DNA of 40,343 nt. Source: a virus. Its lineage: Duplodnaviria; Heunggongvirae; Uroviricota; Caudoviricetes. The DNA lies in the IMG/VR virus record IMGVR_UViG_2718218360_000013. One strand, given 5' to 3'. Below are positions 27,573 to 35,776 of this stretch, piece by piece. Below the pieces are notes generated by a model that saw nothing but the letters and a program-made list of their open reading frames with translations, was not told the origin of the DNA and ran no database searches. Position 1 is the stretch's first letter. The number at the start of each line of letters is the position of its first letter. The translations under genes were made by a program, and so were the position numbers.

Positions 27573-28073
27573 TCAGACTTTCGGCAAATCGTAGCGACAT
27601 AACCATTCATCCGCCGAACGGCGGGCCTCAAGGCCGGGGAGCTTCACCCCCTTTGAATAAATCCAGCGGATATACTGCTTACAGGACGCGGGCATCTGCC
27701 CGGCATTGATCAGGCGCAGAAGCGTGGAGTTGCGAAAGTTCGTTTCACCGGCCCAGAAGATCCACGAAGCCAGCGCCACCGTCTGACCACGGGTAAGCGG
27801 CACCTGAACACGCCGATCAATGGCCGCAAAGGCCCATTTCATGTCCTTTTCCAGTAGTTCCAGGCATTCTTCATCCGTCAGGGTCATACCCGGTTTCACA
27901 TCCGGGCCGGTATGGCCGTAACAGATGGTGGGTGTACCGGTGGGATCGATATACGTGGAGTTTTCTTTCCCTTCCCAGTAACCGGTGTAATGCGTGGCAA
28001 TCGTGAACGTCCCGGCACCGGCCAGAACAAGGGCAATCAGCTTTTTACGCAGTGGTGCGGGGAGTTTTGGCAT
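27573..28073 (-). CDS. Endolysin, T4-lysozyme-like with signal-anchor-release N-terminus
   Basis: Gly/Ala-rich weakly hydrophobic N-terminus LIALVLAGAGTFTIA; catalytic E-x8-D-x5-T pattern in YWEGKENSTYIDPTGTPT. Confidence 0.8.
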   Translation of the reverse strand: MPKLPAPLRKKLIALVLAGAGTFTIATHYTGYWEGKENSTYIDPTGTPTICYGHTGPDVKPGMTLTDEECLELLEKDMKWAFAAIDRRVQVPLTRGQTVALASWIFWAGETNFRNSTLLRLINAGQMPASCKQYIRWIYSKGVKLPGLEARRSADEWLCRYDLPKV

Positions 28074-28144
28074 TGTTACGCTGTCTCATGATGTTCTCTG
28101 AGTCAGCGTAACGGTGAAGGAAAGGCGGCAGGCTTTGCGGAATA

Positions 28145-28570
28145 TCAGAAAAGTGGCGGTTGTGTTCTTGCCAGATGCAGACGGCGCTGTTCACGTATGA
28201 CGGTATAAATCTGGGTTTCTGACATCCGGTAATGGCGGCGAAGGGATTCAATTTTCTCGCCCCGGTCCCAGCGCGAAAATATCTCATTGTTTCGCAGCTC
28301 GGCAAAGAGAGATTCCCCGACCGGCAGGTAATAACCCCGTCCGCCCATATAGGCTGCCTGAGCCGCAGCCACCTTGCGTGCCAGTTTGCCGGCCAGTACC
28401 GGCTCAATCCCCTGACGCTGAAGTTCTGCGCCGGTGACTTCAACCAGTTCTGACAGGGTCCGCGGCCAGTTCTTTTTGAGAACATCATCAGGGATGTCAT
28501 CAAGGCGGTCGATAAGGGCGTGCAGTTGCTCACTGTCACCACCAAACATGCTCATCTGAGTTTCTGCCAT
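28145..28570 (-). CDS. Mor/C-family transcriptional activator
   Basis: C-terminal HTH RRHYRMSETQIYTVIREQRRL resembles Mu Mor/C; lies between gemA and the lysis genes. Confidence 0.7.
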   Translation of the reverse strand: MAETQMSMFGGDSEQLHALIDRLDDIPDDVLKKNWPRTLSELVEVTGAELQRQGIEPVLAGKLARKVAAAQAAYMGGRGYYLPVGESLFAELRNNEIFSRWDRGEKIESLRRHYRMSETQIYTVIREQRRLHLARTQPPLF

Positions 28571-28611
28571 ATCAGCCTCCGGTTCTCGCGTTCCCGGTAA
28601 GTTTAAAATAA

Positions 28612-28635
28612 AAATCCCGCGTTGTGGCGGGATTT
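28612..28635 (-). terminator. Terminator-like hairpin between gemA and the Mor/C gene
   Basis: Perfect 9-bp stem AAATCCCGC-GTTGTG-GCGGGATTT; minus-strand transcript continues UAUUUUAAAC. Confidence 0.45.
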
Positions 28636-28639
28636 GGGG

Positions 28640-29149
28640 TTAACGGGGAAGTGATTTTTCATACTGCCTGCAAACGGCGTCATACCCCATCAGCGTGCGT
28701 TCGGGCATTCCCATCGCGGCCAGCATTTTGCGGCGGTGCCATCGCTTGAGACGCTCCAGCACATCTGAGGCCAGGGCGGGGTGTTGCTCCAGCCACTGCC
28801 AGTTTGCCACACCTTCGCCGCCGTTTTGCGCGGCCGTCTGCGATTTCACCCAGCGGTTAAGGGCGGTTTCCGCACCATCAGAGATAAAGCCCTGCCGGTG
28901 CATCACCTTCCAGATGGCGCGAATTTTAGCGGTCACCGTACCCGGTTTTAAGGCCCGGTTAACCGGGTTCTGACGCACTTTAAAACCGCGTTTTTTGAAA
29001 ACATCCAGCACGCGGGATAACTCATCCGGTGACATATCCCGGCAGCTGGTTTTGCCGGTGACCGCCAGTAGTACGGATGTGTAGGTTTCATCATCCAGGG
29101 CAAGCTCGCGTTTTGCCACATGAATGGCAGATATCAGTTTCCCTCTCAT
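28640..29149 (-). CDS. gemA: GemA (Mu gp16)-like regulatory protein
   Basis: MRGKLISAIHVAKRELALDDETYTSVLL... matches the conserved N-terminus of Mu gp16-like proteins. Confidence 0.7.
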   Translation of the reverse strand: MRGKLISAIHVAKRELALDDETYTSVLLAVTGKTSCRDMSPDELSRVLDVFKKRGFKVRQNPVNRALKPGTVTAKIRAIWKVMHRQGFISDGAETALNRWVKSQTAAQNGGEGVANWQWLEQHPALASDVLERLKRWHRRKMLAAMGMPERTLMGYDAVCRQYEKSLPR

Positions 29150-29442
29150 GCTGTATCAACACTCCTGCGGATATGATAGGTATTATTTTCCCGATCGAGC
29201 TGAACCCGATACTCCGGAGGAATCACAAAAATATTAAAACCATCATCAGTTTTTATTCTTGAGTAGCATTCCCCCTTATGATATCTGGCCAGTGCATTAA
29301 TCAGAGAAGTCGCAGCCTGCCCAATCAGGTATTTTTTATGAAAAATACTGATAACTTTCCGGCACAGCCATCGTGTAATGACGAATGCACCGAAAAAGGA
29401 TGTGATATATAAATACCAGAACAACTGCGAACTACTGTCCAT
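29146..29442 (-). CDS. Hypothetical membrane protein (98 aa), low-GC cassette
   Basis: N-terminal TM helix LFWYLYITSFFGAFVITRWL; AT-rich codons. Confidence 0.45.
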   Translation of the reverse strand: MDSSSQLFWYLYITSFFGAFVITRWLCRKVISIFHKKYLIGQAATSLINALARYHKGECYSRIKTDDGFNIFVIPPEYRVQLDRENNTYHIRRSVDTA

Positions 29443-29629
29443 TATCTTTCTCCTTATTCAGTCTTCTGCGGCATTCGGCACAGTCATCAGGGCTTTCAAA
29501 TGTATCCGGCTCGCGATTATGAGCCAGATATAACCACCGTCCACATATACTGATATTTTCGCCTGTTTTAAAAAAATGATGCTTCCTGGCCATTAGTGGC
29601 CGCGCCCATCCAGCGGGTAGACTATTCAT
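29432..29629 (-). CDS. Hypothetical small Cys-containing protein (65 aa), low-GC cassette
   Basis: ICGRW ... CAEC spacing suggests a metal-binding knuckle; AT-rich. Confidence 0.4.
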   Translation of the reverse strand: MNSLPAGWARPLMARKHHFFKTGENISICGRWLYLAHNREPDTFESPDDCAECRRRLNKEKDNGQ

Positions 29630-29957
29630 TTGCTTTATCCTCCATGCTGGACAGAATCATATGTATTAATGTCGGGCGTGGAGATATACGCATTTCATTA
29701 AGCGTCTGAAGGGCAGCAACAGCTGCCTGTTTATCGGTGCCTTTGGCAATTTCAGCAAGAGAATGCACAATCCATAATGGGCTTAACGCTACGGCTGAAT
29801 GCAGAATCATGTCATCCATAATAATTTCTGGCATATCCCGTTTGTCACATTCTTTATCCATAAAAGAAACGATTTTTTCTGCATCTTCCGGTTTCATGCC
29901 TCCGGCGATGAGAATTTTACGATATTCATAAGACGATCTTAATTCAATACTCATCAT
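29622..29957 (-). CDS. Hypothetical protein (111 aa), low-GC cassette
   Basis: ORF with overlapping start/stop coupling to neighbours; no recognisable motif. Confidence 0.45.
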   Translation of the reverse strand: MMSIELRSSYEYRKILIAGGMKPEDAEKIVSFMDKECDKRDMPEIIMDDMILHSAVALSPLWIVHSLAEIAKGTDKQAAVAALQTLNEMRISPRPTLIHMILSSMEDKANE

Positions 29958-29969
29958 TCACCTGCCTGT

Positions 29970-30362
29970 TTAATCAGTTTCCAGTGCTTTGCTACGGGCA
30001 ACAGCCTCACACTCAAAAAATACCGACTCCGGCACACGCTCCTTTAATTCACGAACAAGAAAATCATTAACGAGTTCATGACGTCTTATATTTCTTTCCT
30101 TTTCCTCCTGGCGCAATACAGCAAGGCGGTATTCAACAGTCCGGCGTTGTTTCTGAAAGACAGCCAGTGCTTTTCTGGCAGAGTTACGCAATGTATCATC
30201 GCCACAGGGTTCGTATTCAAGCTGAAATTTAATCTCTTCAATGGTTTCTTTTATTTTTGCCAGCAAGCTAAGACAGTCGCTGATTGTCTTCAGTTTTTCA
30301 TTATCAATATAACTTCTCACGCATTCACCTCCCGTCATTCCGGTAAAGCTGAAATATGGCAC
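29970..30362 (-). CDS. Hypothetical coiled-coil protein (130 aa), low-GC cassette
   Basis: Charged helical repeats (EEIKFQLEYE, RLAVLRQEEKERNIRRHEL). Confidence 0.45.
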   Translation of the reverse strand: MPYFSFTGMTGGECVRSYIDNEKLKTISDCLSLLAKIKETIEEIKFQLEYEPCGDDTLRNSARKALAVFQKQRRTVEYRLAVLRQEEKERNIRRHELVNDFLVRELKERVPESVFFECEAVARSKALETD

Positions 30363-30646
30363 CAGTGCGTCACCTGTCCGTCCTCATCTTCAAGGCAGGC
30401 TCCGGTTTCTTCATCAATAAAAAAGCCTTCATACCCCATATGGCCGATGCGCAGTTCCTGTTGGTCACCATACTGAACAATCAGCACGACAGCCTCCATA
30501 TCAGGCGGGAAAGCATCATTCAGTGAATGCCAGGGATAACCGCGCAAATCCCCGAAATAAACACCGGTCAGCGTTCCGCCACAGACCGGCATTCCGACGG
30601 CACACACAAGGGGTTCATCTGATTCAACAAATAATGTCGTTATCAT
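30335..30646 (-). CDS. Hypothetical protein (103 aa)
   Basis: ORF in the early accessory operon. Confidence 0.45.
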   Translation of the reverse strand: MITTLFVESDEPLVCAVGMPVCGGTLTGVYFGDLRGYPWHSLNDAFPPDMEAVVLIVQYGDQQELRIGHMGYEGFFIDEETGACLEDEDGQVTHWCHISALPE

Positions 30647-31194
30647 GGCATTAATTCCCGTAATACAACATCTTCGGCAGTCCGACGACGGTGATAAATA
30701 AAACTCACCGTGCCCTCGGATAATTCAAATTTCTCGCCGATTTCCCTAAAGGTAAGACGCCGTGGTGATTCAGCATCCCGTAATTCACGAATAAGACGAA
30801 CATCATCGTCAGGTATGCGGGTGAAGGGCAGCAACTCTCCGTATTTTTTCATGCTTACGCCAATATATCGCGCCCGATTGTGGACAGAATCCCGGTCTCG
30901 CCCCAGATATTCTCCTATTTGCTTACCGGTCATTGTTCTGGCATTTTTTCGGATAAATTTATCTTCATCAGGTTTAAATCTGAGGCGTTTGCATTTGAGC
31001 AACTCCGGGTAAGTACCGCGTAATAAAACAATCCGGTTATGTACACCCCAGAAACTTCTTTTTATCCTGACAGCAATATCCTTAACCGGGGTGGATGGAT
31101 AAAGCGCAATCAGCAGCGCATCTTCTTCAGGTGTCCATGCGCGAACATGAGCGGGTGCACGGCCTTTTCTCCCCATGGGTTGTAATATCATCAT
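30643..31194 (-). CDS. Putative DNA-binding protein with up to three HTH-like segments
   Basis: WTPEEDALLIALY (Myb/SANT-like), TGKQIGEYLGRDRDSVHNRARYIG, LTFREIGEKFELSEGTVSFIYHRR. Confidence 0.5.
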   Translation of the reverse strand: MMILQPMGRKGRAPAHVRAWTPEEDALLIALYPSTPVKDIAVRIKRSFWGVHNRIVLLRGTYPELLKCKRLRFKPDEDKFIRKNARTMTGKQIGEYLGRDRDSVHNRARYIGVSMKKYGELLPFTRIPDDDVRLIRELRDAESPRRLTFREIGEKFELSEGTVSFIYHRRRTAEDVVLRELMP

Positions 31195-31197
31195 GCA

Positions 31198-31713
31198 TCA
31201 CCCCCTGACTCGCTTTTCAGCAGCATAAAACTCATCAGACAGAATTTCGGTCATTTTCTGATTTGCGGGTTTTACGCCGCACTCAAGGTAAATCACATCG
31301 TCAACGCAGAACCACTTCACAGGGCCAAACATGATTGCCGAGAAATCAATACCCAGCCAGAACAACAGTGCATCGGTTCTGGCATACGTGACGGGCGAAT
31401 ATTCACGCCACAGACTGTTAAGTTCGTCAGAGGCAACGCGCAGGGCTTTGGGAATACGTGATGTGCGCGGTGTGCAGCTCCAGCCATTCGACGCAGTCGG
31501 TTTTCGCCATAAGTCGCGATGAAAAGGATATTTGTCATCCATAAAGCGCAGCCCTTTAAAACAAAAGCCACTGATACCGGATACAAATACCGACCGGCAC
31601 GCAACATTCAGCACGGCCTCAAGGCGTTTTGCCTCATCCTTAACTTTCTGGCAGTCCTGCTGATATTTTTGCCACGCGGCCAGCGCGGAAGGGTTTGATG
31701 TTTTAAAGAACAT
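31198..31713 (-). CDS. Hypothetical protein (171 aa)
   Basis: ORF in the early accessory operon. Confidence 0.45.
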   Translation of the reverse strand: MFFKTSNPSALAAWQKYQQDCQKVKDEAKRLEAVLNVACRSVFVSGISGFCFKGLRFMDDKYPFHRDLWRKPTASNGWSCTPRTSRIPKALRVASDELNSLWREYSPVTYARTDALLFWLGIDFSAIMFGPVKWFCVDDVIYLECGVKPANQKMTEILSDEFYAAEKRVRG

Positions 31714-32246
31714 TACGCCACCTCCGCAGATATCCCGGCAGGCGCGGCCGTCCGGTCAACAATCAGGTAACGCAGAACGCGCGAGGTGATATTCCAGCCG
31801 CTTAAACCGCAGATAATGACACCCAGGCGTATGTCGATATACGCCATCACAAACTGGGGCACGCCTTCTTTCATGGCCTGCTCATCAACTTCAGCCACCA
31901 CATAAACGGTTTCACAGGTCAGAACGCCCTGAGCAAATTCCCACGCCATTGACGGAATATCATGCCCCTCAATCCACGGCAGGGATTTTCTGAAGCTGCA
32001 CCACTGAACATCATCAGCCGCACCTTCCTGGCTGCATTTGCGACGAACCGGCTGCACCGGGCGGGGACGCGGAATATCATAAAAACCGTTACATTCCGTC
32101 AGCACCCCGGCATCGACCGCATCACGCAGAAAATAAACCATCGAGGATGGCGGCATATTCATTTTTTCAGCCAGAATGCCGCAGGTCAGACGCCCGTAAA
32201 TACTCAGCCAGTTTTTAACCCCTTCAAGCACTTTTGCACCAATCAT
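31713..32246 (-). CDS. Hypothetical protein (177 aa) with possible N-terminal winged-helix
   Basis: ORF; LSIYGRLTCGILAEKMNMPPSSMVYFLRDAVDAGVL. Confidence 0.45.
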   Translation of the reverse strand: MIGAKVLEGVKNWLSIYGRLTCGILAEKMNMPPSSMVYFLRDAVDAGVLTECNGFYDIPRPRPVQPVRRKCSQEGAADDVQWCSFRKSLPWIEGHDIPSMAWEFAQGVLTCETVYVVAEVDEQAMKEGVPQFVMAYIDIRLGVIICGLSGWNITSRVLRYLIVDRTAAPAGISAEVA

Positions 32247-32249
32247 GAA

Positions 32250-32792
32250 TTATTCCTCCGTCAGCGCCACATATTCAGAATGTTTAATCTCCTGGCATTC
32301 TTCAGGAATACCCCCTTTTATTTCCCTGCCATAAGCGCCTACTTTAAACACCACGCACAGGGCATCACGGGAGAGCGACGGGGTCCACCAGGAGTCCATG
32401 TTAAACATGGAGGGGATTCTCATTACCCCCAGCTTTTCACAGAGCCAGACAAGGAAATCAGGACGCTTTCTTAACTCGCGTTCAGCGGCTTCAATCATTG
32501 CGGCAATCGCCGGTCCTTCAGGGCATGACTCATCAGGTCTGGCAATAAAGCACGGTCCGTCCCCGATAAAAGCCACATCATCGCGCTTACGCCAGCCCGC
32601 AGGCAGAGCACCAGAAAAATAAAACTCACTGATTACGTCCATGGCAAACGGCTTTAAGCGCAATCCGGCAGCGCCTGTATTTTTCAGTAATGCCCGAAGA
32701 ATACTGTTGCGTAGCGGTAAAACAGTCTGTTGATATTTGGTGAAATATTTATTTGTCTGCACACGGTCTAATTTGAAATAAAAATATGCCAT
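32250..32792 (-). CDS. Hypothetical protein (180 aa)
   Basis: ORF immediately downstream of gam. Confidence 0.45.
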   Translation of the reverse strand: MAYFYFKLDRVQTNKYFTKYQQTVLPLRNSILRALLKNTGAAGLRLKPFAMDVISEFYFSGALPAGWRKRDDVAFIGDGPCFIARPDESCPEGPAIAAMIEAAERELRKRPDFLVWLCEKLGVMRIPSMFNMDSWWTPSLSRDALCVVFKVGAYGREIKGGIPEECQEIKHSEYVALTEE

Positions 32793-32889
32793 ATATCCTG
32801 TTCCTTATTTTCAGTTTACAGGCGCAGGCAGTCCCCTGACGCGAGCGCCATACTTAAAACGATGTGATATTTAAAGATTTAATGCGGTG

Positions 32890-33420
32890 TTATTTATTCA
32901 GTCCGGCGTCCTGTTCAAAAGGCTCGACATAAAAACTTTCAGCGCCTTTATTCACCTTAATACCGGCAATGCCTTTCACTGCATCCGGCTCCGCTAGGAC
33001 CGCTTCCTTGTTCACTTCCTCTTTCGTGCGGATGAATCGCTCAAGCCCCATACGGCGCAGCATTTCAATCACACCTTCCACATCACGGCTGACGCTGCAT
33101 GATGGATTTCCCAGCCGCCATGACACTGTTCCGGTGGTCAGATTGGCTGTTTTGGTTTTGCCGCCGTTCGTCAGCTCATCGCGGTTGGTTTTGCACCAGT
33201 CCTGAATCCCCTTAAAAAGCACTTTGATTTCTTTTTTAAGGTTTTCAATCTGCGGCGTATAACGGGCGGTGATTTCTGCCACTTCATCATTCATCGCCGT
33301 TTCCAGCCGTAGCGCCTCTCGCTGAATATCGCCCAGGGTACGGATATCGCGGCTGACTTCTTCGCGGGTCTGCGGTGCAGCCTCGGCTGCGGCCTTTAAT
33401 TTTGTAACACGTTTAGCCAT
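32890..33420 (-). CDS. gam: Gam host-nuclease inhibitor (Ku-like DNA end-binding protein)
   Basis: RLETAMNDEVAEITARY...ANRDELTNGGKTKTANLTTGTVSWR...RFIRTKEEVNKEAVLAEP closely parallels Mu Gam. Confidence 0.85.
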   Translation of the reverse strand: MAKRVTKLKAAAEAAPQTREEVSRDIRTLGDIQREALRLETAMNDEVAEITARYTPQIENLKKEIKVLFKGIQDWCKTNRDELTNGGKTKTANLTTGTVSWRLGNPSCSVSRDVEGVIEMLRRMGLERFIRTKEEVNKEAVLAEPDAVKGIAGIKVNKGAESFYVEPFEQDAGLNK

Positions 33421-33431
33421 TTTGTTTTTCC

Positions 33432-33725
33432 TTATTGCAGTGTGCCTGATGCTTTATGCACGCGGTGGCGTTTAATGATGGCATCCGCCCCAAAAGCCTG
33501 TACAGATGCCTGAAATTCCGCTGAGAGAAACTGAATAATTTCAGGACTGTGATACTGGAGAATACTTGCATAAACGCCACAGAGTGACGTCGGCCTGTTA
33601 TTCGTATCACGTTCTGTTTTTACATCCACACCAATCTTTTCATGCACTTCAACACAGTCATTGCCTGCCGGTTTTTCGTCATGCGAAACATGCTTAAATT
33701 CAAAAATAACGCGTACTTTGCTCAT
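33432..33725 (-). CDS. Hypothetical protein, paralogue B (N-terminus MSKVRVIFEFKH)
   Basis: Shares N-terminal ~14 aa with the upstream gene; AGGGG SD-like sequence 8 nt upstream. Confidence 0.5.
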   Translation of the reverse strand: MSKVRVIFEFKHVSHDEKPAGNDCVEVHEKIGVDVKTERDTNNRPTSLCGVYASILQYHSPEIIQFLSAEFQASVQAFGADAIIKRHRVHKASGTLQ

Positions 33726-33729
33726 GGAA

Positions 33730-34002
33730 TTACCCCTGCTGATTAAATTCATTACCTTTAATAACCCCGGAACGCATGCTCATATCTTTCATGAGCGCAC
33801 TGGCTTTCATTGCCACAAGTTCAGCAAAGTCTCTGCTTTCCGCGAGCATAACCACCCCAAAAATCATGGCGGGTCCATCACCTTTCTGCTTTATCCCGGT
33901 TGAACGTATGTCCAGACTTACCCCCATGCGCACTGTTCCATCAGCGTTTTTATGGATAACGTGCTCCTTGTATTCGAAAATAATGCGTACGACTTTACTC
34001 AT
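33730..34002 (-). CDS. Hypothetical protein, paralogue A (N-terminus MSKVVRIIFEYKEH)
   Basis: Tandem paralogue of 33432-33725. Confidence 0.5.
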   Translation of the reverse strand: MSKVVRIIFEYKEHVIHKNADGTVRMGVSLDIRSTGIKQKGDGPAMIFGVVMLAESRDFAELVAMKASALMKDMSMRSGVIKGNEFNQQG

Positions 34003-34280
34003 CCTCTGGTCCTCGTTCTGTTTGGATAACTGACCCGGCGTCTGACCTCACGGCAGAACCGAATCATGGCATTAAAGGCTTCTTCCTCCGTCACCGCTTC
34101 CGGTATCCCCGGAACCAGTAACTGCTCCTGTTCATCACGTCCATGACGCGCCATAACCTCAATCACATGCCGTACCGTGGCAGGCTTTCCGGCAACTATC
34201 GGCAATGCACCTTCCGGCAGGACGTAACCAAACTCAATAAGACCACTCGACCACGCCCATGCAATGAGATTTTTTTTCAC
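33999..34280 (-). CDS. Hypothetical early protein (93 aa)
   Basis: ORF with start/stop coupling. Confidence 0.4.
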   Translation of the reverse strand: MKKNLIAWAWSSGLIEFGYVLPEGALPIVAGKPATVRHVIEVMARHGRDEQEQLLVPGIPEAVTEEEAFNAMIRFCREVRRRVSYPNRTRTRG

Positions 34281-34281
34281 C

Positions 34282-34548
34282 TCACACCTCCCAGTAAACC
34301 GTGCAGCCGCTGATGCGGGTGGCCTTCACACGGCGGCGCAGGCCGTTGGTCTGTATGGTGATTTCAATTTCACCGGTTCCCTGCACGTTGCCTACCGGCG
34401 GCGTGGTTTTCAGTGCAAAACGTTGCGGATAGCGCTTACTGCGTTCCAGTACCGCACCGGCAAGTTCGGTCAGACGGCGCGCGCTGTTCAGGGAGTCGAA
34501 TAAATTCATTTTGTTACCGCAGGATTGCATATTCATATAACACCTCAT
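34282..34548 (-). CDS. Hypothetical early protein (88 aa)
   Basis: ORF. Confidence 0.4.
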   Translation of the reverse strand: MRCYMNMQSCGNKMNLFDSLNSARRLTELAGAVLERSKRYPQRFALKTTPPVGNVQGTGEIEITIQTNGLRRRVKATRISGCTVYWEV

Positions 34549-34776
34549 TTAGCTGACTTGTTTCGCACCAACAGAACGGCATATTCCGCTGTAAACGTCT
34601 GTCGCACCTTCGCGATCAAGTCCGGCAGATATCACCATTCGTGTGCGGTCATTAAATTCAAAAAGTAAATCGCCACATTCTTTATTTTCGGCCAGTGAAA
34701 TCACCTTCACGTTATCGAAATTAACCAGGTAAAAGCGTCCGTAAATATCAGGAATATTAAATACCGCCATAATCAC
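34549..34776 (-). CDS. Hypothetical early protein at the position of Mu kil (75 aa)
   Basis: Immediately downstream of the B-like gene with ATGA overlap. Confidence 0.4.
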   Translation of the reverse strand: MIMAVFNIPDIYGRFYLVNFDNVKVISLAENKECGDLLFEFNDRTRMVISAGLDREGATDVYSGICRSVGAKQVS

Positions 34777-35705
34777 ACCTGTGAGAGTAATTCAGGGTTG
34801 GTATAAACCTCTTTAAAGGCCGCATTAATATGTTTTTCTGTCAGCGCCGCGCCTTCACCGCTGGCGGTGAGCCACGCCTGGTTAAGCGTATGTGTCAGAA
34901 CGCGTAACGCTCCCGGCTTTTCAGCGATAGCCTGCATGACGGCCAGCTCGGCCTCACCACTGATCCCCCACGCCCTGGCAATGGCCAGCACATCCGCCTT
35001 TTTGGCCTTGCGAAGTTGTTTTGTACGGGCAAGACGGCTGAACAGGCGCGATAAATCATCAAAGGCGCGGCGTCCACCTTTAAACAATCCGCGCGGGTTA
35101 CCAATAAGCACCATCCCGATCCCCGTGGCGTCCTGAATTGCCCGGAGTTGCTCCAGACCGTCAATACCCAGATGATCCGCCTCATCCACAATCACCAGTC
35201 CACGCGTTCCCATCAGGCGACGGCGGATGGCGCGGGATAATGCCCCTTTGTTCGCGCGGGTGTAATCAATCCCCAGCGCATCGGCCAGCTCCAGCAGACA
35301 CTCCGTGACGCTGGAGTGCGCGGGTGACAGGGTGATCATCCAGGTGTTTGGTTGCTCCTGGCAGTAATTACGGGCAGTGGCCGTTTTACCCACACCCGGT
35401 ACGCCCACAATAACGTTAATACAGCCCATCAGACGAACCGCCTGAAACAGTGCGCGCAGCTCCTGGACTGTCTGCGTTTCCACAAACTGCGGCGGTTCCG
35501 GCAGTGCGCTTTGTTTATTCCAGTTTTCATACCAGGAACGCAGGGAAGCAGCCACAGCGGCGTTATCGCCTTTATATTTCCCCTTGCGGAAAGCCGATAA
35601 TGTGCCGTCGGAAATTCCCGCCTCTCTGGCGATGGCATACTGCGTCAGTACGCCGCCATCAATAAGTTCATCAATGGTCTTGATTACATCGTTAATATCA
35701 GTCAT
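34773..35705 (-). CDS. MuB-like transposition ATPase
   Basis: Walker A GVPGVGKT and Walker B LVIVDEADHL; N-terminal HTH; directly after the transposase gene. Confidence 0.9.
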   Translation of the reverse strand: MTDINDVIKTIDELIDGGVLTQYAIAREAGISDGTLSAFRKGKYKGDNAAVAASLRSWYENWNKQSALPEPPQFVETQTVQELRALFQAVRLMGCINVIVGVPGVGKTATARNYCQEQPNTWMITLSPAHSSVTECLLELADALGIDYTRANKGALSRAIRRRLMGTRGLVIVDEADHLGIDGLEQLRAIQDATGIGMVLIGNPRGLFKGGRRAFDDLSRLFSRLARTKQLRKAKKADVLAIARAWGISGEAELAVMQAIAEKPGALRVLTHTLNQAWLTASGEGAALTEKHINAAFKEVYTNPELLSQV

Positions 35706-35776
35706 ATTATTAACCTCTCATTTGATACCTTGTTTAATCAAATAACCTGAGTCGCCGCTCGGGTTATTTTTTTATT

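Noticed and set aside
28045-28545. 166-aa minus-strand ORF overlapping the Mor/C-like gene
   Set aside because: Alternative frame across the same region; the 28145-28570 frame has the recognisable Mor/C C-terminal HTH and better fits the intergenic spacing.
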